Of a DNA stretch of 64,000 nucleotides, positions 36,851 through 48,491 are shown in pieces. Numbering within the stretch: the first letter of the stretch is position 1; every line of letters begins with the position of its first letter. This stretch comes from Ruditapes philippinarum (taxonomy: Eukaryota). The stretch lies in assembly GCF_026571515.1 (NCBI RefSeq), contig NW_026854201.1:1-64000 (forward strand), read 5' to 3'. The notes under the pieces are model-generated. The model was not told the DNA's origin. It saw only the letters and a program-made list of their open reading frames with translations, and ran no database searches. The translations under genes were made by a program, and so were the position numbers.

Positions 36851-38811
36851 GTTTTCACATTTTATTTGCAAGACACTGCCAGTAGGGCAAAATATCTAAC
36901 TTGGCATATTACTAAGAAGTTTGATATCATACACATCAACTAAGTATGAAATATTCATATAATATAAATAAAAGAAAGAAAAGAAACACATATTTCAAGG
37001 ACAATATTCTTTTTATTGTTTTTCGTTAATGTATAAAACAATGAGAAAATAACTTAGTCTTACTTTTTAAGTTCCACTATATTATTTTGTGCACGAGCTT
37101 GCAGTTTTCTACTGCTACACATTTAGATGGTCTTGCAAATAAAAAAATTAATGAACTTTTTAAATTTTAATAGTTTTGATTATTTAAAAATGACCTAATG
37201 AACTGCCAAGTTAAAATGGAAGAATTAGTTCATATACATTTAAAAAAGGACTTTATGACTTATTGACATAGTTCAAATGGTTTGAAAAGGACTACATAAG
37301 TGATTATTCCTATGTAAAAAATAGTAACGGGTCTTTTTAAACTTATTACCCAATATAGTAAGTTTATAGATACATGTAGATTAAAAAGAACTTTCATGAA
37401 ATATTATATGCGATATAGTTCAGATAGTTTGGAAAAAAAAACTATTATGTATGGATAGAGTTGTTTGAAGAATAATTTTGAACTATTAAATGTAATAATA
37501 TCGTGCAAAATTTAATAAAGGGAGGTAATTATGAAATAAAAATCAAGATATATAAACTTATTTTTTCCACAGCCAGTGAACATTTCAAACTGTCAACACA
37601 TATTATATAAGGCATCAAACAAAAAACAAAATACATGTATAACAATTCCATGTAATGTTCATTAATACTAAATATAAAGAAAACTTTTCTAAAAATATGT
37701 TTTATCCAAAGTATAAGTGCCTATAAAAACAGTACCTGCTGCATGGACTAAAGTAATACAAGAAACTTCATATGTAATACCTTCCCCCCCCCCCCCACAA
37801 AAAAAATTAAAAAAAATAAACTGGAAACTAGTCTGTGGATTAAGTGTTGCCATTGGTTAATTTCAAAAAATATTTGTTCAGAAACAACCAATCAAATGAT
37901 AATAACTTTGGACTGGTTTCTATGATTATATTAAAATGCTTTATAGAGACTGAAGCAAAAGTAATTTGTACATCTAGTTTGCTGATTTTCAGTACCCATT
38001 GATCAAATAAAAAATAATTAAATAAATTTTTACATGACATAACATAGTAACAGCATTAACTTATTATTTAAACACTACGGTTACAGATCAATCACCTGTC
38101 AAAAGGTAGCCAACTAAAGTATATTTGCTTGTCTCGTATATTATGTTCCAGATGTTACAGTTAAAAATAAATTAAAAAAACATCTCTGAATTACAAAGGA
38201 TGAGACATAATCGAAATAATTTAAACATTGGCTTGAATAATAACGATATATACATATAGTTAGATATAGTCCAATTTGAACTACAATTTTTGGTATAATT
38301 GCTAAAACAATTATGGTAAAAACAAATATATAAGAACACAACAGTACTAGTAAAAATATACAACAGAAAAAATATACATAACAAGAATATGAAAAACAAT
38401 AAATTTAAATAGAATAACAACTTTGAGATATATCTGGCCCAGTATTAGTTGCAAGAATATGACAAATTCTTTGGAACATTTATTAAACTGTAGGAGGGAA
38501 AGTTTTCTCTGTATTACAAAAAGAGAGAATGTTACATCATTTTTTGCTGAGATATTTAGATATTAACATTAATATATGTTCAACAAGCACAAAACTTTAT
38601 TTCAATTTATACTAAGTTTTTTGGGTGTTTTTTTGTCATTTTTTGTTTGTTTGTTTTTTTTTTGCTCAAGATTTTTCAATACATGCTATTTACATAAAGG
38701 AATGGTCACTCCCCTTCGCTTAAGCTAGCTAGATTCTTTAACAAATTATAATGTCTGAACTTAGATGGGCATGGAAATTAACTTCCCTCTGCATGTGACA
38801 GTCACTGCAGC

Positions 38812-41449
38812 TTATGATACATTCAAGTCTGTATCAAACATTCGTTCACTCAAAAAGTTGCTCAGGTCATTCAAAATGTTTCCAAAATCAAACATGTTTT
38901 CAGCCCTTTGGGAATTCCCAACATCATTCTTCTTGGCATCACTATCATTACGAATGATACCCTGTGAACCAAGTATGTTTTCTTCTCCATTAGGCATGTT
39001 AACTTCTGTACAAGAATTCAGGTTATCAGGTCCACCATCTATGTCATTACCTTTATCTTCTTGAACCTTTTTTTCATGATTGTTGTCTTGATTCAAAGGT
39101 TCCTTTGATAGATTTTTACCGTTTAGTCTCATAATTTTACATATCTCGCCTGGGTTTTCAAATTCACATTCTTCCTTGTGTTTCACAAATTTTGTTCTTG
39201 TAAGGAATGCTTTCAAGCACACTGAGCACTTCAGATTTTTTTCACCAGTATGTAGAACAATATGATCGCGAAGATTAGCATTTCGAGTAAAGCTTTTATC
39301 ACAATACATACAATTGAACTTTTTTATCTTATCAGAGACACTTGCTGTTTTTACACCATCACCTCCTAGTTGCTTGTCCTTACCTTCTGGTTGCTTGTCG
39401 GCACCTTCTGGTTGCTTGTCAGCACCTTCTAGTTGCTTGTCGGCACCTTTAAGTTGCTTGTCGTCACCTTCTAGTCGCTTGTTGTTACCTTCTAGTTGCT
39501 TGTTGTTACCTTCTAGTTGCTTGTTGTTACCTTCTAGTTGCTTGTCGGCACCTTCCAGTTGCTTGTCGGCACCTTCTAGTTGCTTGTCATTACCTTCTAG
39601 TTGCTTGTTGGCACCTTTTAGTTGCTTGTCGGCACCTTCTAGTTGCTTGTCGGCACCTTTTAGTTGCTTGTCTTCATTGAAGTCACCTTTAACCGGTTTA
39701 ATTTTTTTTTCTCGTTTTGTTGTGAAACCCAAAATGTTTAAAAGCATGCTTTCCCTGGGTTTTAAATTTTTACATCTTTTTGGGGTGATTTAAAAAAAAT
39801 TTTCCCCTTTTCTAGGGAAATTTTTTTAAACTAACAAAGAACCCTTCGGGATTTTTCACCATTTGGGGACAACAATATTTGGTTTAGGGGGACTATGTTT
39901 TAAGAAATTTTTTTTGACAATTTTTGGCATTTATCCCTTTTTTTCATGGGGATGTCTGAAATATTTTCATTGGTTTTTATATTTTGACTGGAGTTGAAAT
40001 TTGCCGTGAGAACTGAAGTTGGTTTTCTAGCAAGGGATGCGATTTCTGCCTTAAATGACACTGGTTTGGCCACATTCATTTCTGCACCCGTTCCTGACCT
40101 CGAAGAGTTACGATATACATTTTCATCAGTGACTACTGCTTTGCATGAATGTTTTTTGAGACTAAATCGAAATGAAAACTTCTTAAAACATGTTTTGCAC
40201 TTGAAGCACTGTTTCTCATCGGGCTTAGAGACACCGGGTGATATCTCATGATTTACCAAGCGTGGTTTGGGACAGAAATTTGGATTTTTTCGGAAAATAT
40301 CTTTCACAAACTTCGGTATAGTGTAGCACCTGACATGATGCTCCCTAAGCTTTGCAAGACTAGGCAAATTTTGATCACATCTAAAACAAGTGTATATCTT
40401 ACTATGTGATCCCTGATGTTCTCTGACTTCTTTCAGACCTCTACAGCTCTTGTTGCAATACTGACATTTAAGATCTCCAGGTGAGATTAACTCTGATAAG
40501 CGATAAACTATATTTTTATACATGTATCCCTGAGCTGTATTGCATTTGTTAAGAAACACTAATTTCACTTCATTTGTATCTTCAATTCCACCTGTATTTG
40601 CCTTCTGTGTGTCTTGCATTTCACTTACAGTTTCTTCAGAGACATGCCTGTCTTCTTCAAGAGATACTTGACTCAGATTTTCTGTTTTGGAAGCTTCACC
40701 TACATGTTTCGAAACATTCTCTTCAACAATATTGCTACATCTTGTACTTGCAGCTTTCCGATCATTCTTAATGTTCTTAAAGTCATAAATAAGCTTAGAA
40801 AAGATTTCGTCCTTTTTAAATTCATCGAATTCACTTTCATCACATTCTGAATCAGTTTCTTTTTCATCAGAATTCATATCATCATCAAAAGACATGTCAT
40901 CTTGATCTTCATCCAATTCGTCCAGTTCATCCAAATCATCAACTAAATTTCCTACTTTTTCAGCTACTACTTTATCGTTAGGTATACCGTTGGTATTTAG
41001 AGAGGTTTCAGGATCTTCATCTCTTTCATTAAATCTTTCAGGATCAGATACTTGTTTCATGGCACTGTCTCCAATATTTGTTTTGTGTATTCGCGAAGGG
41101 ATATCTAAATGTTCCATCGGATTGTCTTTTGTCTCAGAAACACATTGTCTTTCTTGCAAAACATCTTGCCTGGTTTTTGCAATTTCTGCTTCTGTCTCAG
41201 AATTTGTCTCATGCACTTCTTTAGAACAGTTATCAACACATGCTAAAGCATCTACATTCCCTCTGTCAAATCTTCCATTTTGATCAGACTGCAATGTTTG
41301 GGCATTCATTGAACTGGTTCTCGCTGACTTTATTGAATCAGGACTGGACCGAACAACTTTGTCCTCTAATCTCATCTCTTTTGATTTAGCCCTACATTTT
41401 TCAACTTCCCTTTTTCTTTTAAACTGTCTCTTTTGTGATACTACTTGAT
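38812..41449 (-). CDS. C2H2 zinc-finger protein, last coding exon (frame broken in garbled segment ~39690-40000)
   Basis: Acceptor TTTTAG at 41450-41451 (phase 1); acidic tract; fingers CQYCNK..HQGSH, CFRCDQ..HHVRC, CKTCFK..HSC, then CMYCDK..HIVLH-TGEK-CSVCLK..HKEEC; stop at 38812. Confidence 0.8.
39361..39672 (-). repeat. Coding 21-bp tandem repeat (~15 x DKQLEGA) in the zinc-finger gene
   Basis: CACCTTCTAGTTGCTTGTCGG units in frame in ORF 38812-39747. Confidence 0.9.
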
Positions 41450-41879
41450 CTAAAATTAGAAATATAAAATGATGATTAATATAATGAATTCCTGTTATTA
41501 GCTTATTTATTTGTTTGATATAGAATGAATGGGACAAAAAGTAATTGGACAAGCAACTACCAACTTTTCATAAAATAATGATCAGTACTGAATGACCTTG
41601 ATTTTGACCACATTCATTATAACCTTCCATAATGTGCATTTGTAACATTAAGCCCTCTTATATCAGAATGACAGCTCCATTAACTTATTTTCATATCATG
41701 ATATTACTGAAAGCAAGGGTCCTGAAGTCCTCAACTAACAGGGAAATTCCACATTAAAAAAATCATGAGTAATCACAGTGACCATCAATTATGAAGTCCC
41801 TGTAGGCATGTGTGATGTTTTCAAGCAAATATCATTAAAGGTTGTGGAGATATACTTTGCATTCAAAATATTAATCAAA

Positions 41880-42342
41880 AGTTTCAACGAAGGAAGTTAA
41901 AAATTTTAACATAGTAGGTTCAAAAAATTCAACAAAGGAAGTTTTAAAATTTCAACGAAGGAAGTTCAATATTTGAACAAGGGAAGTAAAAAAAATTCAA
42001 CAAAGGAAGTTCAAGAATTTCAACAAGCAGATTAAAAAAATTCAGCAAAGGAAGTTTCAAGAATTTTAACAAAGTTAAACATTTCCACACAGGAAATTTA
42101 AGAATTTCAACAAAGAAAATCAAAAATTTCAAAAAAAAAAGAAATCAATGAACTTCAACAAAGCAAGTTCAAAAAGTTCAACAAAGCAAGTACAAGAATT
42201 TCAACAAAGAAAGTTTGAAGAATTTCAATAAAGGAAGTTAACGTTTTCAAAAAAAAAAAAAAAGAAATCAAAGAATTTCAACAAAGCAAGTCCAAGAATT
42301 TTAACAATTTTAAGCAAGTTCAAGAATTTCAACGAAAGAAGT
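41880..42342. repeat. Intronic ~22-bp minisatellite
   Basis: Degenerate AAGAATTTCAACAAAGGAAGTTC units, about 20 copies. Confidence 0.8.
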
Positions 42343-42529
42343 ACATAAAGGAGAATTATCTGAGAATACAAGTGATCTTGTAGGACCTTTTTGTTACAGA
42401 GATCCCTATGCAGATTGTATACTTAATTGTTAATATATCTTACCATTTTCCAACTTTATTTTAATAGTGTACATGCATCATTAGAAATAAGATTCTTTTA
42501 TAAGTTTCTTTGTACATGTAATAACTTAC

Positions 42530-42871
42530 TTTTCTGTAGTATGTTAGGAAATCCATCCTGTACACCCCTGAACCCTTGGTTAATGCCTGAAGTTCTTGCT
42601 GAGCCTACATCATCTGCTGCTGGTACTTTCATAGCCAATTCATTTTCCTTGTCATCCATCTTTTCTAGTTCATTTATTCTGTCACCTGAATCTCCTCCAG
42701 CTTCAGTTACAATTGTCTTGGAAATGCTGGTTTTTTTATACGAAACTATATTGTGCTTTGGTGAGGTTTTTGCACCAGACTCTTTAACATCAAACCGTTC
42801 CAGACTAGGCATTAGTTTTGTAGGACTCACTCCATTATCTGTCTCTGACTTGTGTATTTGAGAATGGATGT
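42530..42871 (-). CDS. C2H2 zinc-finger gene, coding exon 3 (342 bp, phase 1-1)
   Basis: TTTCAG acceptor at 42872-42873, open frame IHSQIHKSETD..QGFRGVQDGFPNILQK, donor GTAAGT at 42529-42524. Confidence 0.75.
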
Positions 42872-43151
42872 CTGAAATTTTCAATGAAAATTATGAATAC
42901 TGAAGGCATCTTTTTCATTTTGATTTGGAGAAAATAAGGATCAGTTTGTTTCAGCAATAAAATATAATTAGGTCTTCACTACCTGAGAACCATTTCACCA
43001 CCATACCACTTCACCACCTTACCATGAGACTATCTTATTACTTCACAATCTTATCATATCACTACAGTTCCACTTTACCACCTTAATACTTTACTACCTT
43101 ATTATTTCACTACATTACCACTTCACTACCTTATCACTTCACCATCTTATC

Positions 43152-43350
43152 CACAGGGGACCCACACAGTGTTTGGATGGTATATACTGCTTGATAGTGA
43201 CCTATAAATGAGATTTTAGTCATAACCTTATCATATGTATGTAAATATAGCCTATATTTATATACATATTATAAGGTTATGACTAAAATCTCATTTTAAG
43301 GTCACTACCAAGCAGTATATACCATCCAAACACTGGATGGGGCCCCTGTG
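43152..43350. mobile_element. 199-bp fully palindromic MITE, CAC..GTG termini, 8-bp TSD
   Basis: CACAGGGG..CCCCTGTG; TSD ATCTTATC at 43144-43151 and 43351-43358; inserted in an (ACCACTTC)-like low-complexity tract at 42975-43510. Confidence 0.9.
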
Positions 43351-43860
43351 ATCTTATCAATTATCACTACAGTACATTACCACTTCACCAACTTATTACT
43401 TTACTTGTCTTCCTTATTATTTCACTACATTACCACCTCACTACCTTATCACTTCTTCACCATGTTACAACTTCATCACCATATATTTTCACCACATTTA
43501 ACCACTACACCAATTTGATTTGTGTAATATTGTTACAATATAATGATAAACACAAAACAGTCAGCCATAATTAGAATAAAACATGTGTCACACTATGTCA
43601 TCAGTGCTGGTTCGTACCAGGCAGTGTACTTATCAGTGGTTCAAAAAAGATTCAAACTTTAGCACAATCAACTAAAATGAATATGTCTAAACTAATTAAA
43701 ATTTCACATAAATAGTGAGCATTTGTTCACTTCTTTTACAGCTTGATTAATTGCATACTACCTCTCAAAAAGTTTGATTTTCTAAAATTCTTTTTCAGGA
43801 ATCTCCAAGCATACAGCCATAAGAACACATTCATTATGATTTTTTTTTAAAAAAACTCAC

Positions 43861-44014
43861 GTTTCTGAATAAAATTAGGAAATCCATCTTGAACACCCCT
43901 GAATCCTTGCATGTAGACAAGCCCGTATTTTGATCCCACAATATGTGGCACTTCATCCTCTCCTGTAGCACTGATCATAAAACTTTCCTCACCTGTCTCT
44001 GCTAATTGGTTCAC
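43861..44014 (-). CDS. C2H2 zinc-finger gene, coding exon 2 (154 bp)
   Basis: TTTAAG acceptor, VNQLAETGEESFMISATGEDEVPHIVGSKYGLVYMQGFRGVQDGFPNFIQK, donor GTGAGT; phases fit both neighbouring exons. Confidence 0.8.
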
Positions 44015-44789
44015 CTTAAAATACATTATCAAAATGATAATACAAATAAAGCAAATTCTACCAAAACAGGAATAATTTGAAATTGAAATAACTAGTGCTT
44101 TGATTGAAATTTAATAAAGAAAGACCATGAAAATGGCCTCCTTGAGTTTTAAATGAGCTCCATTAAGACTGAAAGCCTTGAAATATCATACCCAAGTCAG
44201 CTTAGCTAGTGCATTTAAAGCAGAAACTTGTGAAAATTATAATAAATATACTTAGAAATGAATTGAAAATGGAAAGTAAAGTGCATTCTGTTTATGTTAA
44301 TATGTAGAAAGCAAATTATCTTTAAGTTACAATCAAATTATTGGTATTGATCTACATCAAATAGTATAAATATCTCAAACAAAAAACAAATCTAGTCTGG
44401 TTATCATACATGTTAAAAAACCTTTTTAAGGTACCAGTCAATAAACAATAAATTTGAATTTTATCTCAAGTCTCTGTTAAAGATACATGTGAATTTTTTC
44501 AATGATCAAGTGGGAGATTTCTCTTCAAGAAGAGGGAGATTTTAGAATTTGCAATAAACAAAGAAGGAAGTTCTGACAACAAAAAGAAGGAGATTTCTTT
44601 AATTTCTGAAAATACTCCTTATTTTAAGAAAATTTTTTGAAAATATAGCTGCAGAAAGTTGGAGTAGGCTGCCGGCCCCGCTAAAAGTGGAAGAGTTCAC
44701 ATGTATGCTGTTAGACAGGTAGTTCTACTATCATGTTTTGAACCTATGTTTGTGTTAGTTCTAGAGTGATACAAAAATGTGGAATTTAC

Positions 44790-44867
44790 CAGGTGGAGAA
44801 TCTGTGACCTTATGACTTTCCGTAAAATTTCTTTGCATTCATCTGAATCTGAGTTCTTCAACAACAT
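44790..44867 (-). CDS. C2H2 zinc-finger gene, coding exon 1 (ATG at 44867)
   Basis: Acceptor TTCCAG at 44890-44891, CACCATG context, MLLKNSDSDECKEILRKVIRSQILHL, phase-0 donor GTAAAT joining in frame to VNQLAE. Confidence 0.7.
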
Positions 44868-45002
44868 GGTGAACAGGTTATCATTAGTTCTGGAAATAAA
44901 AACAAATTAATAAATTAACTTTGATCCATGTGTTATTCATGATTTGATTTAAATTATAAATATTGTTTAAATTACACTGTAGTTATCTGTTTATTATCTT
45001 TC

Positions 45003-45215
45003 GGAGCAGTGACCCAGTGGTTTAGGTTAAGTTGTTTGCTGCTCAAGCCAGGGAGCATCGGCTCAAGACCTTCTCGGGTCATGAACTGGATCATGAATAT
45101 AACACCAGTATTGGTTAGTTCCAGGAAGCAGACTCGAAAGTTATTTACAAATTACAATGTTGCAAAAACTTGTTTCCCATCAAGCTTACAACAAACAAGT
45201 TTAGAATTAATTAGA
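45003..45215 (+). mobile_element. Possible degenerate tRNA-derived SINE
   Basis: A-box-like GTGACCCAGTGGT and decayed B-box GGCTCAAGACC; no TSD recognised. Confidence 0.35.
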
Positions 45216-48200
45216 CTTTTTTTTTGTATACATCTAGGACTTAAAATACACTAAATAATATATTAAGTCCTAATAGTGTATACATGCAATAATGAAATGA
45301 CAGGAATTGTGATGTTTTAATGAAAGGGAAGTAACCCAATAATGTTTACAATAAACGTCATGATTAGATTGTCTCCCTTTATTCAGAACATCGCATTTCA
45401 ATATTAACAAGTTTTTAAGATTTTGACTTGATTATAATGCCCGGTATATCAGTGGTAAAACAGTAACCGTTACTAACGGACTCCTAATCCTAGGCGAATT
45501 TAAAAAAAAAATGTTCCTTGAATTCTGTAATAAGATGCAAGAGAAAAGAAATTTGCATTTTTACCACTGGTATGTGTCAGATCACGCTTCTCATAGCAAT
45601 TATCACCTTTCTAAAACTTTGACAATGCTGTAATTCAGCACGATGCGTTCAAAATACCAATTTGCACTAGCAAGAAATCATAACTTTCCCACAATCTAAC
45701 TTCCTTTATCAAGTCGTTTAAAGTCCAGTTTCCGTAATACGGTACGTAACGAGACTTCTCCTTCAATAATTATTGTTAGCTAAATTTATCAGAAGTATTG
45801 TGGACGCAAATAATGCGTTCAAGTTATGCAGTCATAGATATATTGGTATTAAAATTTACATGTACATAAAAAGTTAAATCAAACAATTTGTGAAACCTTA
45901 GCTGAGTAATAAATAAAACAAATATTCAAGGAAATAGTAGAAATAGTAGAAATAGTAGATATAAGTAACCTGTTGACACTTGTCCTGATCATTATTACAA
46001 TGCTTTAGAAGCTTTTTGATATAATTATCGACGGATTGATCATTATTGAAAAAAATAACGGTCTATTTACCACTGAACCGACGTTTTGTATCCAAACTTC
46101 GCTGTTTCACAAGACTGTTCAAATGATAAACCGCTCGAAACACCACTAAAGATGTGCATCCAAAGTTTATTTAATATAAATCTCAAATTGCTAATGTACC
46201 GTACAAAAACATGTAACAGATATTTAGCAATGATGTAAAAAACTTAATATATTTCTATATATATATGCGCTGAACATTACCTAGGTATATAACACCTAAT
46301 TATGTTGTTTGTTTGTTTGTTTGTGACGTTTGAGCATTGGTCGCGCGGTTGTGTTTACAGTAGATAGACCGCCTATTGTGATCACTGGGAAACAATTTCG
46401 ACCGCATCTCTTGAGCTATCAAATGTGTTTTGAACGAATAATTTGCATTCTTTATCTGATTACTTTTAAATAGATATGTGTCGTGTTTATAAAGCATCCA
46501 ATCATTTCAATAAAGTTGTGGGATTAGAAGAATATTAGCCTGTCTTGTTAATAAAATAAATCTTTTGAATGCTGACATTAAAAGAAACAAGGTTTGGAAA
46601 TAACAATGTTTGAGAAATAACAATGTAGTTATAATTTTCGCACTTATTAAAACTGACGAATTATTTTGAATATTCTAGTTGATCCGCTACTATGCAGAGT
46701 CGCCCGGATGAAGTAGGCCTATCTCAACGCGCACGTGCAAAGAGCTAGATCATCGCCGTACGCATATAATTAATAGAGACTTTTAGGTTATATAAGTATC
46801 ACACAAAAAGATGCCTTTATAGGATTGCCATAAAAAATATGGAAACAAATAAAAAAAATTCCCAATTGCGACTCCGTTGGACATGAAAATCATTAAGATA
46901 ATCGTTGTAATACTATTTCGAAATTTATTCATTGCCATTCCAAAGAAAAGAGGTCAAGTGTTTTAAGAAAAATCCCTAAAAAGTATAATTTAACATGTCT
47001 AATTTCTTTCCTTGAATTAGTCAACGGGTCTCTAAAAGTACGTGTTCAGGAAACACATCATCATTATGAAATGTTCTGAACATGTGATAATGCATGTACA
47101 GTTTTTAGTTTGCTTGACTTTATCCTAAATCTGATTTGACTGGAATGCCTAACGGTAAATTTAAAAGTCATATTAATTTTCAAAATTTTGAGCAGCTAAG
47201 AAAATTGAATGGTATTTTGGTCTAGTTTTCTTAAAACATTATCAAAATCACTTTATTATTTGTCACTTCACGTATTTAATTCCATGTAATTTATGGGTAA
47301 AAAAGAGATCACTATGTAATATAGCCCTATTATTCCAATTTAGATTACTGTTAAAAATATTGTCTGCAAATGAAACTCCTACGAAATTTTCAAGACTGAA
47401 CTCTGATTAACCCGAGTTATGTAAAATTTTCAAGGAAATAAGGGTCATTTTGGAAAATATCGATTCCTTTCTCAAGGTGAATGTTGCACTGTTTAGTGAA
47501 ATATCTAGATTTCACTCTGAAAGAAAATGTAATAATAACTTTTTATATGTATTTTTTTAATAAAATTGTTATATTTTATTGCAATGTACTTTAGTTATAT
47601 TTGTGTAATGATAACCTGTTGTCCTTGTAAAAGTCTAGTTCACTAAAAATCTGCATATTTAACCATGAATTGTTTAATTAATCATCACTGTTAGGAAGCA
47701 TACTTTCACAATACGTAATTATATTTAATAATTAATATTTAACAGGTGCATGCAACCAAATTATAAAGGACTAGAACAACCAACCAAGCTAGCAAAACGG
47801 CAAAGACCCGATAATTGCAAGTCCGCAGTGTTAAATACAAGAATAATAGTTTCAAAGCAGCATCCCTCGATCAGGATCATATGCTAATTTTAATGTAAAA
47901 TTGTATTTAAATGTAAAATATTTTGAAATGAACAAGTAAGCAATTTACGCATTGCAAACGGCAACTGCGATCTACATAAATTACCAAAAAGGATGGGGGC
48001 ATGCAAAAGTAGCCCTTAAAGCATGAGTCACGCAATAGAAATATGATAATAACATGGAGTTAAATATAGATATAGTATATATATGTGGTAATGAATACTG
48101 CAAACCCAGTCATTTATCTCACATGTAAATTATTATTTGAATCGTTTTACTTTTTCTATAAGTCTTAGAACATTTTTCTCAATATTTGTATGATCTTGAA

Positions 48201-48248
48201 ATATGTGGGATAATCTGGAGTCATGCAGGTTAAACCTATTTATTAGAT

Positions 48249-48491
48249 GAGCCGTGTCACGACAAAACCAACATAATGAGTTTGCTGGCCTGCGGCCAGC
48301 ATGGACCCAGACCAGCCTGCGCATCCGCGCAGTCTGATCAGGATCCATGCTGTTCGCTTACAAACCCTATAACAAGTAGAGAAACTGATAGCGAACAGCG
48401 TCGATCCTGATCAGACTGCTCAGATGCGCAGGCTGGTCTGGATCCATGCTGGTCGCAAACCCATTATGTTGGTTTTGTCGTGACACGGCTC
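48249..48491. mobile_element. Palindromic GAG..CTC MITE, nested within a second inverted repeat
   Basis: Same family as 16193; flanks 48190-48238 and 48515-48563 are inverted repeats of each other. Confidence 0.85.

Noticed and set aside
41450-41552. N-terminus of ORF 39900-41552 as the zinc-finger start
   Set aside because: It is intronic read-through upstream of a strong TTTTAG acceptor; in-phase upstream exons exist.
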